A DNA stretch of 64,000 bases from Patellaria atrata CBS 101060. Its lineage: Eukaryota. The position numbers and the translations under genes were made by a program. Below the pieces are notes generated by a model. The model ran no database searches and had not been told where the DNA came from. It saw only the letters and a program-made list of their open reading frames with translations. Each line of letters opens with the position of its first letter. Position 1 is the first letter of the stretch. Shown in pieces: positions 1 through 11,964 of this stretch. Location: contig MU006089.1 in the NCBI GenBank assembly GCA_010093705.1, positions 2,405,561-2,469,560 of the forward strand, written 5' to 3'.

Positions 1-476
1 TCGGTATCAGAGTCGGAGTCGAGAGAACTACCCTCATCATCGCTATCAGAGTCGCATCCAGAACCACTGTCTTCATCGTCGGCTTCGAATACTATGAACG
101 CATCATCGGATAGATCGTACTGACATGCATCTTGTCCTGTCGCGTTGCTTTCGGTGATCTCCGACTCGGTATCAAAATCATCATCGTCTGTTTTCGAATC
201 GAACTCAGAATCACTTTCATCGTCATCTGCTTCGAAAATTATGAAGTTATCGTCAAAATGATCCTGCTGGGGATTTTCCTGTTCGGAAGCGCTGTAACAA
301 ACGCTGCTGGGATCGCTGGCCTTCATTGACTGGACTGTAATTACAGGGACGCGTGCGGCTGGTCGAAGGTTGCGCACTACTACTGCAGAGAATGCAGTGC
401 AACGAAAATGGGGTCTAACTGTTGTGCGCCGTACTTTCTTTGCTCGAGCGACAAAGATGCTCTTATTTTTGGCCAT
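1..476 (-). CDS. Hypothetical acidic (D/E/S-rich) protein, 5' part; runs off the left edge of the window
   Basis: Minus-strand frame is open from ATG at 476 to the window edge: MAKNKSIFVARAKKVRR...DDNFIIFEADDDESDSEF...DDAFIVFEADDEDSGSGCDSDSDDEG. It is absent from the ORF track because it has no stop inside the window. Confidence 0.55.
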   Translation of the reverse strand, partial: MAKNKSIFVARAKKVRRTTVRPHFRCTAFSAVVVRNLRPAARVPVITVQSMKASDPSSVCYSASEQENPQQDHFDDNFIIFEADDDESDSEFDSKTDDDDFDTESEITESNATGQDACQYDLSDDAFIVFEADDEDSGSGCDSDSDDEGSSLDSDSDT

Positions 477-1536
477 CTTCCTTGTTCGTGGTTGCGGTTG
501 TGCCATTGTTCGGTCGTAGATTCGTTGTTCTTGTTTGCGATAGAAAGAAAGTGTCAAAAAAGTGGTTATAAAGACCTCGCCGTAAAAGTAGCGTGCGATT
601 TTGCGACTCGTTCGCTGCGTTGTTCACTGGGGCAAGGTCTTTCGGATATAGAAGAGGTATGGTATAGGAGCGAGGAGTGACGTCGAAGTCAAAGTGTGAG
701 CTGGTCACTGAAGGTTAGGTTCGGGACCTGTGAATGTTCCGAATTGGGAAATAATGACTATTCCTAAGCGGAGATTGGTCGACATAACAACCAGCCTTCT
801 GTCAAACCAGACTCGTCCGGTGACAATGGAACTATTCCGCAGTGAGGATACAATACGGTATTGCCATAGTAAATACTGAATTTTCTTTGAAATTTGCCCC
901 TTTTCTACCTTTCCGCCCTACCTTATGTACTAATGTACGAGCCCAGTTGCTAATGCAAGCATATGCCCGCTTTTGGAGTGGTCGTTTCCCAAAGCGAGCA
1001 AAATTTGAGACTGACTTTGGGCTGATCAGCGACTTGGCCTGTATTAGTAACTGGGCTCGTAGGTCAGTACATACGGCATATTTATGAACCAGGCGAGGAA
1101 TGGATTCGATAGAGGCTATATGAGATAACAGAAGGTAGCGTTTCACGTAAAAGCACATAGTTCTCACCACGATTCAATTACCTTTGACTTGTGATACTTA
1201 TAAAACAGAAGAGGCCCTTACGAAATCCATGGGTATACGGTTGTATTTCATCTATAAAGATCATTTCCAAAGCCTTCTAACCTCTAAGCTTTCTTTATCT
1301 TCACTAGATCTAGATCATCTTCAGGTCCCACAGTTACGAAAAAAAGTCCAAGTTCCGATTCTATTGCTGGATCTCTTTCGAGCTCTACAATTCTCATTCT
1401 TATAAAGACGGTTAATATAGAGGTAATATATTATCCGTATATGATTATGCCAGTACTACAGATCTCATATCTTTGATCGGGTTCTGAAGACCACGGGATA
1501 TTATAGAGGGATGCCTGTGGATCCATTTATATCCTA

Positions 1537-1708
1537 ATAGATAAGCCCACAGATGAGCCCACAGGTAAGCCCACAGGTAAGCCTATATATGAGCCTGAAT
1601 AGACTAGCTCAAACAGACGGGCTTGGACAGATTAGCTCAAATAGATGAGCTCAAACAGATAAACTCAAATAGATGAGCTTGAACAGAAGAGCAGACAGAC
1701 GAGCTTCT
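1537..1708. repeat. Degenerate minisatellite: 12-bp units (ACAGRTRAGCCC) grading into 14-bp units (ACAGATGAGCTCAA)
   Basis: Units read directly: atagataagccc/acagatgagccc/acaggtaagccc/acaggtaagcct, then atatatgagcctga/atagactagctcaa/acagacgggcttgg/acagattagctcaa/atagatgagctcaa/acagataaactcaa/atagatgagcttga. Confidence 0.8.
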
Positions 1709-1847
1709 GGCTAATTGTGGCGAGATGGTGACCAATACAGTCGCTATCTATTGGACCTTATGAAAGCTACAGCGGTACACTATCCTTTCCCATGATCCGG
1801 AATTTTGGCCAGAGGTATTGAGCAAGAGATAAAAACTAATTACTCTC

Positions 1848-3188
1848 TCAGGCTGCTTTCGCAGGTGCCTTTGTGAAGAACGAACTCAATTTCTTCATCC
1901 CTGAAGTATCCACCCTCTTAAGATTCTTGATGGCTCTACTTTCCGTCTTTTTCTTCTTCTCCTCTTCCTCTAGTTTCCGTTTCTTCTCCGCTTGCTCTTC
2001 CGCAACCTCATCATCTGCCATCCTCCGCTTCTTGTTGATGTTGTCTGATATTGACCGTAGGGCCTGGACTTCTGATCGAATTTTTGCTAGACTGTCCAGA
2101 TGTGTTTCTAGTGGTTGAAAGTCGATGGGTCTCGTCTCTTTCATGATTGAAGCTAACTGATTCTTAAGTTCCTTGGATAGATATAGAGAGGAAATGAAAT
2201 CGAGTGCAGTTCGTAAACGCAATAGTTGTGGAATCCCTTCCGGAGCGTCAATTTCCGCATTAGCATCAACAGACTGAACTCTTTCCGAATCCGAGGACAC
2301 AGATGTTACGCTTGTAGAAACGGTAGTATTCGAGTTAATAGACTGTTGGGAGTCGTTTGTGCTTTCAGACACAGTCTGGCTGTCCCGGTTTTTTGAAAAA
2401 GGCGTTTCAGTATCGCCCCGCTGGACACTCGCACCGCTATCTTCCCTCATAACACTCATAAGCGGCTTTTCCAACGCTCTGCGTACAAAATGTTCCTCCA
2501 TTGACGCAGGTAAACCAGCGTTCGTCATCCGCTTTGCTTTCGATATCAACTCGTTGACCAATTTGTTTTCTGAGAACCGATACATCTTCTCATCTCTTAA
2601 ATCCGTAATATCACAAATAGCTTCCATCCGCTTTGTCAATAGACCGCGAACACTCGGCAAATCCAATAGCTCCTTCCATTGAATTATGGAGCTGGCATGT
2701 TCAAGATGATCATCTAACGATAGAAACATTGGTTTCGATTTAGAGGCTAGAATAGGGAGGAGCATGAAAAGTGGATCATATGGTGTTGCGACGAACAAGT
2801 CTGGGTTACTCGCAATATATCCATCTGATAGACTCGGATTCTCCCCCTCTTTCAGATCCTTCCCAACTCTTATACTAGTATGAGACCTCCTCCCGTCTCC
2901 AACGATATATCCTTCACGATGCGGAGTTAACAGCCAGCTTCGAGCATCATTCTTGGGCGCAGCAATTCTGGTGAACTCGTAAAATCCTCTATCCGGGCAG
3001 AAGAAGTAACGATTCCCCGCATTCGTTGCAGGATTCTGAAGGGAAACAATGCGGGAGTCTGATGATACATTCTTTGGAAGAATAAACAACTTCGGAGGAT
3101 CTGAGACACTCGGTTGTAGACATTTTTTGGGTACAGTAGATTCGGGAGGAGCTTCTTTAGGTGCGGGTTTCGAGCGTATTCTAGCCAT
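1848..3188 (-). CDS. RNH202: Ribonuclease H2 subunit B (Ydr279p/Rnh202 family)
   Basis: 446-aa intronless ORF with ATPYDPLFMLLP motif and the characteristic C-terminal AIKNLKRVDTSGMKKLSSFF (PIP-box-like) tail. Confidence 0.88.
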   Translation of the reverse strand: MARIRSKPAPKEAPPESTVPKKCLQPSVSDPPKLFILPKNVSSDSRIVSLQNPATNAGNRYFFCPDRGFYEFTRIAAPKNDARSWLLTPHREGYIVGDGRRSHTSIRVGKDLKEGENPSLSDGYIASNPDLFVATPYDPLFMLLPILASKSKPMFLSLDDHLEHASSIIQWKELLDLPSVRGLLTKRMEAICDITDLRDEKMYRFSENKLVNELISKAKRMTNAGLPASMEEHFVRRALEKPLMSVMREDSGASVQRGDTETPFSKNRDSQTVSESTNDSQQSINSNTTVSTSVTSVSSDSERVQSVDANAEIDAPEGIPQLLRLRTALDFISSLYLSKELKNQLASIMKETRPIDFQPLETHLDSLAKIRSEVQALRSISDNINKKRRMADDEVAEEQAEKKRKLEEEEKKKKTESRAIKNLKRVDTSGMKKLSSFFTKAPAKAA

Positions 3189-3391
3189 TGTTGTACGGGG
3201 AATGATACCACTATGTTGTTGCGTGCTGGGAAATTGGGGCGATGGAAATGTCGTTGAGGATTATCAGTCTGAATTGTACACTGCGACCAAAGTCACACGT
3301 GAAGTACGGTCGCAAATAACATGAATTGGCGGGAACTGAGGTCGAAAGTTGTGATAATGCTGAACCCCTGCTCTTAAAGTGGTTTCCGAAG

Positions 3392-3410
3392 ACGCGACGC
3401 GTCATGCGCG
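3392..3410. promoter_or_regulatory. MCB (MluI cell-cycle box) cluster in the RNH202/MCM10 bidirectional promoter
   Basis: ACGCGA (3392-3397) overlaps a perfect ACGCGT (3397-3402), followed by GCGCG. It lies between two divergent DNA-replication genes. Confidence 0.6.
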
Positions 3411-3640
3411 TATACCGGCTACCGTACTAGAATCAGCGCACCAAACTGTATCTCACTTTTACATAACGTGGTGATAACTAACAATATTCAGCACTTGAAC
3501 AGACAGAAGGTTCCCATGATATGGGCGGCGATAAGCCACTCACCCCGTCGCGCTTTAGGTACTTGTGCAAGTCCGGTACATGTACCAGAAATTAAGACCA
3601 CCTTACTGCCAAGCTGCTCAAGATCGTACGGGACTCCCCA

Positions 3641-6168
3641 ATGTCTAGAGGTGACTGATTAGGATATCATATATTGTCATAGTGCTAATATCATCAGTCC
3701 CCACAAGCGAACCTCAATGGCCACCCAAATCGCCTCACCAGGCTCTTCTAAGCTCCCCCAGCGGCCGTCGCAAATATGAAAGTCGGCGTCAGAGAGACTC
3801 CACCTCACCTTCACCCCTCAAGCGTACAGCATCTACATCAAACTTCAAAGGTCGTGCGCTCCATTTGCCTTCCGATGGAGAGGAGGAAGAAGATGACGAT
3901 GATGAGGAGACACTACAGCTTCAGTTGCAGGCCATCGAGGCGAAGTTAAAGCTTAAGAGACTGCAGCATGCGAAAGCAAAACAGGGTGCTAGCTCGGATG
4001 GCGACAATGACAGTATAAGGGCCCACTCAAGGGCGAGCACAGCCACAAGCAATCGAGAAGCCAGACCAGGAGCTTCTATATCAAATTCACGATCTTCCTC
4101 ATCTGTCCAAGTCCCGCTGTCGCCAGCTCGCAATCAAAGACCACAGCCAGATCCTCCTTCCCCTGCGCGGGTTCTCTTGGGTATAGATAAGGGTTTACGC
4201 GCACAAGATGTGTCGTTAAAGAGGGCATCAAGTTTCCGCTCCCAGAGGACGTCAGCTTCAGTCGCCGGCTCTGGATTATCGCGCTCCAAATCCGTACTCA
4301 GAGCCGGCGGTAGCGCTAATACCGGCACTTTGCGGTCAGAAGCGCCTCGTGGAAAAAGCTTTTCCGAAAGAATTGCGGAAAGTAGACTAAACGAGCGGGA
4401 GCGAATGGAAAAGGAGAAACGAATATCAAAAGCTCGTAGTCGTAGTTTCAGGCTACAAACGAACGACTCATCAGACCAGCATAATGGATTTCAGGATGTA
4501 TCTAAAATCAGGCAAGGTGGAACACAAAGCGCGAGCGGAAGTGGTGAATCGCCATTTTCATCAAGGCCCTCTGGACGCCATACGATGCAACAGAAGTCTA
4601 TTCCAACACTAGGAATTGACTCGCTATCATCTAGCATGATAACATCTTCTTCCAATCATACAACCACTTCCATAACACATTCTCAAAGATCAGCCTCTTC
4701 ACACTCAACAATATCCAAGCCTAAGGCGCGCAAACTTGCAACCCCCTCCACCGACTTTGAGGACGACCCTTTCCTGAATCTAGATGAGAACAAGGCTGGA
4801 AAGACGAGCGAAATGGACTCCTTCTCAGGACTACATCTCTCTAAACGACACATTCCACATCTTACTCTCACAAGAACCTTGGAAGGGAAAGAACTATATC
4901 CGATCCCAAGGCTCCTCGCAACAGTCAAAAAGCCGGATTACGACGCTCCTGATGTCGAATCCGACTACGTTGTCTTCGGTGTCATCGCTTCTAAATCCGA
5001 TCCTCGGGAATGCAAAGGCGGACCTAAAGTCGTAATGACAGGCGACGCAGAAGAGGCCGACGCTCGGCCGAAGTTCATGGTTATGCGACTTACCGACTTC
5101 AAATGGGAACTCGACCTCTTCCTCTTCGACACAGGTTTCGAACGGTTCTGGAAACTGGCCGTAGGTACCGTGGTTGCGATACTGAATCCAGACATCCTAC
5201 CACCGAGGAACAGAGATACGGGCGCGTTCTCGCTCAAAATCGGCTCGAGCGACGACACCGTCCTCGAGATCGGAATGTCCAGAGATCTCGGCTTTTGTAA
5301 GAGTATTAAAAAGGATGGCCATCAGTGTAAGGCCTGGATCGACAAGCGGAAAACCGAGTTTTGCGAATTCCACATCAATCTCCAGATTGAGAAAACCAAG
5401 TCCGGACGTATGGAAGTCAACAGCATGACCGGCTTCGGAAGAGGGCGAGAAGGAGGGGGCAGCATGTTCGCACGCTCAGGGGCCAGAGGTACAGGAGCTC
5501 TTGGGAGGGGAGGCAAAAGGGCGAGCCCACCAAGAACAGGCCAATACCACGACAAATTTCTGCACGAAACGGTCTACATTGCTCCATCCGCTTACCGTAA
5601 CGCCTTCAACCTGATCGACGAAGACGAAGCAGATTCCGGCGCCTTCGAAAGGGGTTACAGCAGAGAAGAGCTGCACCGGAAACGGCTCGCCGAAAGGGAG
5701 AAAGAGAAAGATCTCGCGAAAAAACTGGGCGCCATAGGCAGCAAGATGGGAGCAGAGTACATGCGAACGAGGACCGAGGAGAGCTCAAAAATAGCTGCAG
5801 TTGGCGCGGCTCAGGTAGAAACCCTCTTTGCGCCCACCGAACCCCTTGATGCAGCTGCTTTGGGCTTGCTTGATAAGAAAGCCTCTGATGTCAAGCTGGG
5901 TGCTGTCAAGAGAAAGTGCAGCCAGGCAAACATCAATCATCAGCCGGTTGGCTGGAGCGGTGCTTTCAAGCGGGATCTGCTGAGTCCGTCGAAGAAGTTC
6001 ATTCCCTCTCAGGACGCTGGGTCGGAAGAAGCGGCGAGAGAGCCGAGTCCGAAGAAGCGGGCGAGGTTTATGCTCGCAGATAAGGGGATTAGAAAACCAG
6101 GTCGTGAGAGTTTGGGAGTGTCAGGTGTTGTTATGGATGACGATGATGACGACTTGGATATAGTTTGA
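3641..6168 (+). CDS. MCM10: DNA replication licensing factor Mcm10 (Cdc23); exons 3641-3650, 3698-6168
   Basis: OB-fold region (YVVFGVIASKS...KFMVMRLTDFKWELDLFLF) and primase-type CCCH zinc finger CKSIKKDGHQCKAWIDKRKTEFCEFH. A 47-nt intron at 3651-3697 (GTGACT...GCTAAT...CAG) supplies an ATG start, MSRVPTSEPQW. Confidence 0.9.
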
Positions 6169-6818
6169 GGGTTGCATTAGACTGGCGTTTTGGAAAAAGG
6201 TGTATAGCTATTCATGAGCATTGATTGAGGAAGTGCAAACTGGACTTCATGCGCTTTCACATTGTATAAGGCCGTAAGTTATTGCGCATTTTCTTTGGTC
6301 GGATATTAAAACTGAATTTACGAGAAGGTTGTCGAGTCAATACTAAAGCAGATGCAATGAGCCGCTCAGAATAAGTATGGTTTTATTGACCCTAACTAAT
6401 GTGAAGTCAAGAACATTGCAGATAGTTTATATTTCTGACCCTAGCGAGCAATGGATGAGAATGATCAACAACTGTCCTACCTTGTTATCCTGCCTGAGGA
6501 GCTGGTTAGAACTCCAGGCTGAAGATGGGAGATGGAAACCTTTGATCCAACAAGGTATCTCGTAGGTCTCAATAACCTAATCTCTCTCATCCTGGTGCTC
6601 TGGAGAGCACTTAGCGCGACCGCAAATGGTTGAAGAGGCGGATCTCGGACCATCAAATCAGTCAGGAGAGAGGTTCCTCCGGAGTCAATCTGAAAGGAGA
6701 TTGTTCTCATGGATTCGCGAAGTATAAGGATAGACCTCATAACCACATAAATAAGACCATACTGGAAGAGCCATATCAGACTCGTTTCTCATCCATCGAT
6801 CTTCCTCTCCTCGTCCTT

Positions 6819-8361
6819 TTAACCCTCCTCCCTATCCATATCATCCCTTCCTCTCTTCCCTCTCTTCCCACCCTTACCACCCCTCTTCTCCGCTTCCTCC
6901 TTCAACTTCCTAATAGCCCCTCTCTGCGCCTCAGCAACCTGATCCGCACTAACCATAACCTCGTCCCTGACGATCTGCTCCTCCTCCAACTTCCTACCTA
7001 GCGCTCTCTCAGTCCTGAGGAAAAGTTCCACGTCATATTGGCTAACAAAGGAGATGGCCTTTCCACTTTTGCCGGCTCGAGCGGTACGACCGACACGATG
7101 AACATATGTCTTACTGTCATCCGGCAGGTCGAAGTTTACAACGAGGTCCACGGATGGGATATCCAAGCCTCGAGCAGCAACGTCCGTCGCTACCAGAATA
7201 GTGCGGGCACCGGAGCGAAACTTGTTGAGAGCGCCCAAACGTTCGGATTGTCGAAGCTGGCCGTGAATGGGGATTGCGGAGAGGCCGAGGAGCCGGAGGA
7301 GGTGGGCTATTCGCTGTGCCTCGAGTACTGTGCGTGTAAAAATGATGGCGGGATGACCGGTGTACTCCCGCATAACAAATGCGAGGTAGTGATCTTTGAA
7401 CTTGTGGGGCAGGAAACAGTATGTCTGGAGTAATGTAGCGACGGTCTGATGGGAGGACGAGGATATGCTGATGCGGAGCGGATCAGTGAGCGAAGCCCGT
7501 TGCAGAGATTCGACCTTAGAGGACATGGTTGCGGAGAAGAGATATGTTCGACGTTCTCTCGGGAGAACTTTTAGGATCTTGTCTAATATCGGGCCGAAAT
7601 CAAGGTCCAGGAGACGGTCCGCTTCATCCATGACGAGATATTTTAAATATTTCAGAGAGAACCCTTTTGTATTCTCTAAATGGTCCAAAAGCCGGCCTGG
7701 ACTGGCGACTATTATGTGAGGCTTCTTACCAAGCGCAACTTGTTGTGGTACCATATCCATCCCACCGAATATGCATGCGCATTTCACGTTTATGAGAGCC
7801 CCCAAGGCTTCAAATTGTTGTGATATTTGAAATGCAAGCTCTCGTGTCGGCGCAAGAACCAGAGCAAAGAAGGATTGGGGTTTATCCATTAGAGATTGAA
7901 GTATGGGCAAGGCAAACGCGGCCGTTTTACCAGAACCAGTTTCTGCGAGTCCTATAAGATCGCGACCGGAGAGCGCGGCTGGTATTGCTTCTGATTGAAC
8001 TGGACGAGGGTCAGTATACGGAAACCTAAGTCTTACTACCACTGAATGATTTAAAGCACGCACTTGGTGTAGGGTTCTTCCATCCCAACGCTGTACAGCC
8101 ATCTACTAAAGAATCGATTATACCCAGATCCGCGAACGTTTTCTGTACAGCGTCCTGCTTCTGGTGTGGTTCTTCATCTTGTTCCTCTGGTGATTCTACG
8201 TCCTGCTTCTTAGGTGATTCTTCCTCCTGGGTTAATGTTTCGGAAGTGCTATTATCTATCGTAACTTTTTCTAGCGCATTGTGCTTCACTCTTACCGGAC
8301 CGTCGCTGCGAGGTCGAGGAGGCATATTGTGATTAAGCTTTCTCTTCTTTATAGGCGCCAT
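6819..8361 (-). CDS. RRP3: DEAD-box rRNA helicase Rrp3 (DDX47); intron 8000-8063
   Basis: Splicing restores the Q motif [30 protein letters not shown] and HRVGRTAR motifs are present, with the typical Rrp3 C-terminus [11 protein letters not shown]. Confidence 0.93.
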
Positions 8362-8473
8362 ATATTTTTCCTGTGACATGTAAAGTGGGTTTTGAAGGAA
8401 ATCTTTAGTTACGCTTCGAGTGATTCGCCGCAATCTCAAAAAAGAAAGTTCGAAGTGCTTTCGAAATCTTGGC

Positions 8474-8483
8474 AAAAATTTCA
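8474..8483. promoter_or_regulatory. RRPE-like element in the RRP3/SSF1 bidirectional promoter
   Basis: AAAAATTTCA (reverse complement TGAAATTTTT) resembles the ribosome-biogenesis RRPE motif. A second near-copy, TTTTTCAAATTTCA, lies at about 8551-8564. Confidence 0.45.
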
Positions 8484-8599
8484 CCGCCTCAGCAAACCTG
8501 ACGTCGATGCGCAACACTTTAGAGCTGTTCGAACTTACAACAATAATCCGTTTTTCAAATTTCACAAGAGGATTAAAATACGTAAAGCGATACTATAAC

Positions 8600-10017
8600 A
8601 TGGCGCGACGCAGAGTCAAAAAGCGCACGCATGTCGGCGCACCCAATGGTCCCAAAGCTACAGCGCAAAGTAAATCTATGGATAGGTCTCCCAGGAGCAT
8701 GGTGATACGTATAGGAGCAGGAGAAGTTGGGCCCAGCGTCAGCCAATTGGTCAAAGATGTGAGGCAGATTATGGAACCTGGGACAGCCAGTAGACTCAAA
8801 GTAAGCCTACCTCTAACATATTAAGAATTGTATTCCGTACTGACAGTTCTACTCAATAGGAACGCAAATCAAACAAACTACGAGACTACACCACCATGGC
8901 CGGCCCGCTAGGGGTAACCCATCTCCTCCTCTTCTCCCGCTCTTCCTCCGGCAACACGAACATGCGCCTAGCCCTCACACCCCGAGGTCCCACCCTCCAC
9001 TTTCGCGTCGAGAAATACTCTCTCTGCAAAGACATCTACAAGTCTATGAAGCACCCCCGAACCGGGACGAACGACTTCCAAACCGCTCCTCTCCTCGTCA
9101 TGAATAATTTCACGACTCCCACCCCCGCGGACGGTTCAACGGAGGCCCAAGTCCCGAAACATCTTGAATCCCTCGTCACCACCGTATTCCAGTCCCTCTT
9201 TCCTCCAATATCTCCACAGACGACACCTCTATCTTCCATCAAGCGCGTGCTACTCATAAACCGCGAGCCCCCTTCTGATCCCGCAAACGGCACCTACACA
9301 GTAAACCTCCGCCACTACGCCATCACCACAAAACGCACCGACATCTCAAAAGCAATCCGTCGTTTGAACGCCGCGGAGAAACTCGTCACGGGCAGAGAAA
9401 AACGAAAAAAGGGGCTACCCAACCTTGGCAAGCTAGAAGACGTCGCGGACTACCTGCTAGATCCAGACGCGGGCGGGGGATACACCAGCGCAAGCGAAAG
9501 CGAGATAGATACAGATGTCGAAGTCGAGGTTTTGGCGCCTCAGATGAGAAAAGTTATGAACAGACGAGATCGTGAACGTGCTGCAGCTCGGGCTGCGGAG
9601 GGAAAGAGCGCCAATGGTGTGGGTCGGCCTAGCGTGGAGAAACGAGCCGTAAAGCTTGTTGAACTGGGCCCGAGAATGCGCTTGAGGCTAACGAAGGTTG
9701 AGGAATCTGTTTGCGGGGGTAAGGTTATGTGGCATGAGTTTATCACTAAGTCGAAAGATGAAGAAAAGAGGTTGGATGAGCTGTGGGAGACGAGGAGAAA
9801 GGAGAAAGAAGAGAGGAGGAGAATACAGAAAGAAAATATTGAGAGAAAGAAGAAGCATAAAGGGGAGGGAGGTGAGAGCGAGGTTGAGGTTGATGACGAG
9901 GAATTGGAGATGGATGATGATGAGTGGGATAGCGAGGGCCTAGAGGATGAGGGGGGCGTCAAACTCGAGAATGAGGGAGTGGATGAAGACATGGAAGATG
10001 AAGATATGGAGGAGTGA
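8600..10017 (+). CDS. SSF1: Brix-domain ribosome biogenesis protein Ssf1 (Peter Pan/PPAN); intron 8801-8859
   Basis: MARRRVKKRTH start, LVKDVRQIMEPGTASRLK|ERKSNKLRDY, PRGPTLHFRV and the Brix motif VKLVELGPRMRLRL, with an acidic tail. Confidence 0.93.
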
Positions 10018-10739
10018 TAAGTGCAAATAGCCATATGGGTGCTTATGCCTACAAAAAGCTAATTATGCTACAAGAGCACTAAGCTACCTTCGCAATTTGG
10101 AGCCTTCGCTGCTTACCAGGCTGTTCAAAGCTCCTTTATTCTGATGCTGTCGTATTGTTAGCATCAGCTATCTCCACAGTCATAATCGGCATTCTTCGGC
10201 CTCTGTATGTTTGCTGTACAAGTACAGGCTTACTCTCAAGATCCGACTTCGTAAAGATTGTAAAGGGCAATCCTTTTCGCAAAAGCCCGTTAATCCGAGA
10301 GTATAGTAAATGGAGAAAGAGTAAGGGGAGAAGCTATAGGGATATAGTGATATATAGCAATAAACCGCGCGTCATAGTTTTTGACGGCGAAATAAAGCAA
10401 AATCAACATGTTGGCCTTGCACTGTGTTTAGGAAATTCTGATTTCTCTATCCTAGGAAAGGGTATACCTATACAATCAGCTATTTGGATACGGCGTGCTC
10501 TAATTGCAGATTAGTGCCAGCTTCACAGGAACTGTATTTGACAAGGTAATGCCTTACTGTTGATATCCAACCGCAATCGCCTTATACGCTTTTGCTTGCC
10601 AGGAGACAGCCTCCTCTTGCAGCTCTAGTAGCATATTGGGTACGCCGTGTGTCCAGGCCATATTGGCAACAGATCATTCGTACGCGCTTCAAGGTACTCT
10701 TTGGAGAAAGCGGGCCTCTAGTGTTAGTGGAAGAGTCCC

Positions 10740-11654
10740 TCACTTCGCTTTCACTTTGCGAATGGTCACTGTTGTACCATTTCCTTCCCATCCAACCCCC
10801 ATCTCTTTCAACTCTTTGAATGTCTTACCCCCAGCTGACCTCTCTACAAACTCCTTGTCCACAGAGAAGTAGCTCCTGCCCAAACACTTCAAGGCGTGTA
10901 ACCTAATATCATTGTCCGCCCATTCCATGACGCGCCTCTGGTAGCCATCCACCCTCTCTTTCACCCGCCAAAAGCCGACCCAGTCATCATGTACCAAGGC
11001 ATTCAGAACCTTATCGATCTTGCGATCGCTATAGTCCCACTTAGCTTTCGTCTCATAGGCCTGGCGAAGCTCTTTCTTCCTGCAAGCAAGATCCAAGATG
11101 AAGTATCCAACAAACTCATGCAATTCGGGCGAAGATAGGGGACACTGAATATGGATGGTAGTGAGAAGGTAGAGGAGCGCAGGATTGTACGAATCCCAGC
11201 TCTTGGTAAGTAGTCCGGCACGAATGATGAAGATGTAGGCCCGCTGGGCGAAGGTATCATGACGTCCAACCGCAACAATTGACTCTCGGAGCTTGCGAAT
11301 CGCAAAGATGATCTTGCTCAATTCTAGGGAGGGTTCAGACGCTTTGCCGTCTTGTGTGACTCCGTTGTTGGTGGATAGCGCAGCGAATTCTTTATCGAGG
11401 GCATCTCCACCGCCGGTGTTTGCACTGAATTTCATATAGCGTTCGACAATTTTCTCGTAGTAAGCTTCCTGTGCTTTTGGATCATTGAGCCTTGGGTCAT
11501 GCCGTTAGCTTCTTTATAATATGGAGATTGAGCAGAGAATATACTTCTTTTCACCCTTTGACGGTAGTTCGTAAACCTCAAGAGGATCTACGGCTGGGGA
11601 TTTCAGACGGCCCCAGGCGCCAGAGGGGCCTCGACGCGCACTGGGTCGATTCAT
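10740..11654 (-). CDS. Conserved fungal protein with a CSN8/PSMD8/eIF3K (PCI/SAC3-like) domain; intron 11491-11544
   Basis: The spliced model MNRPSARRGPSGAWGRLK...PSKGEKK|LNDPKAQEAYYEKIVERYMKF continues into the 231-aa ORF. It has IRKLRESIVA, ALVHDDWVGFWR and a winged-helix-like end (LGRSYFSVDKEFVE...GW). Confidence 0.7.
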
Positions 11655-11964
11655 CACAAAGGGCTAATTGAAGAGGTGGAAGTTTCTATTTGATGTCTTT
11701 CTGATGTTGAGGTTACGGTACAAAGGGTAACGTAGGTAGGTAGATAGGTACGTATGTTTAATGTTTTGATGACGCGGTAAATAAATTTAGGGTTGGTGGG
11801 TTGACGCGGGGCTCGGGAGAGACCTGGTGGAGCTTACCTTAGTATAGTTACAGTAGGTATTGGCGGCACGCGTCAAAAATGTTGGGAGACGTTGTAAAGA
11901 CTTCATATTGAAATTAAAGAAGGAGTTTATCTCTCGGTGTAATCTGTCCCTAGCTCCTTCAAAC

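Noticed and set aside
1537..1708. Regularly spaced repeats as a CRISPR-like array
   Set aside because: There are no unique spacers, units are 12-14 bp, and the context is eukaryotic with no cas genes.
6630..7001. Antisense and overlapping short ORFs in the track (also 9540-10034, 26080-26562, 47282-47827, 49967-50470, 54045-54512, 62402-62934)
   Set aside because: These are shadows of real genes on the opposite strand or frame, with low-complexity translations and no independent motifs.
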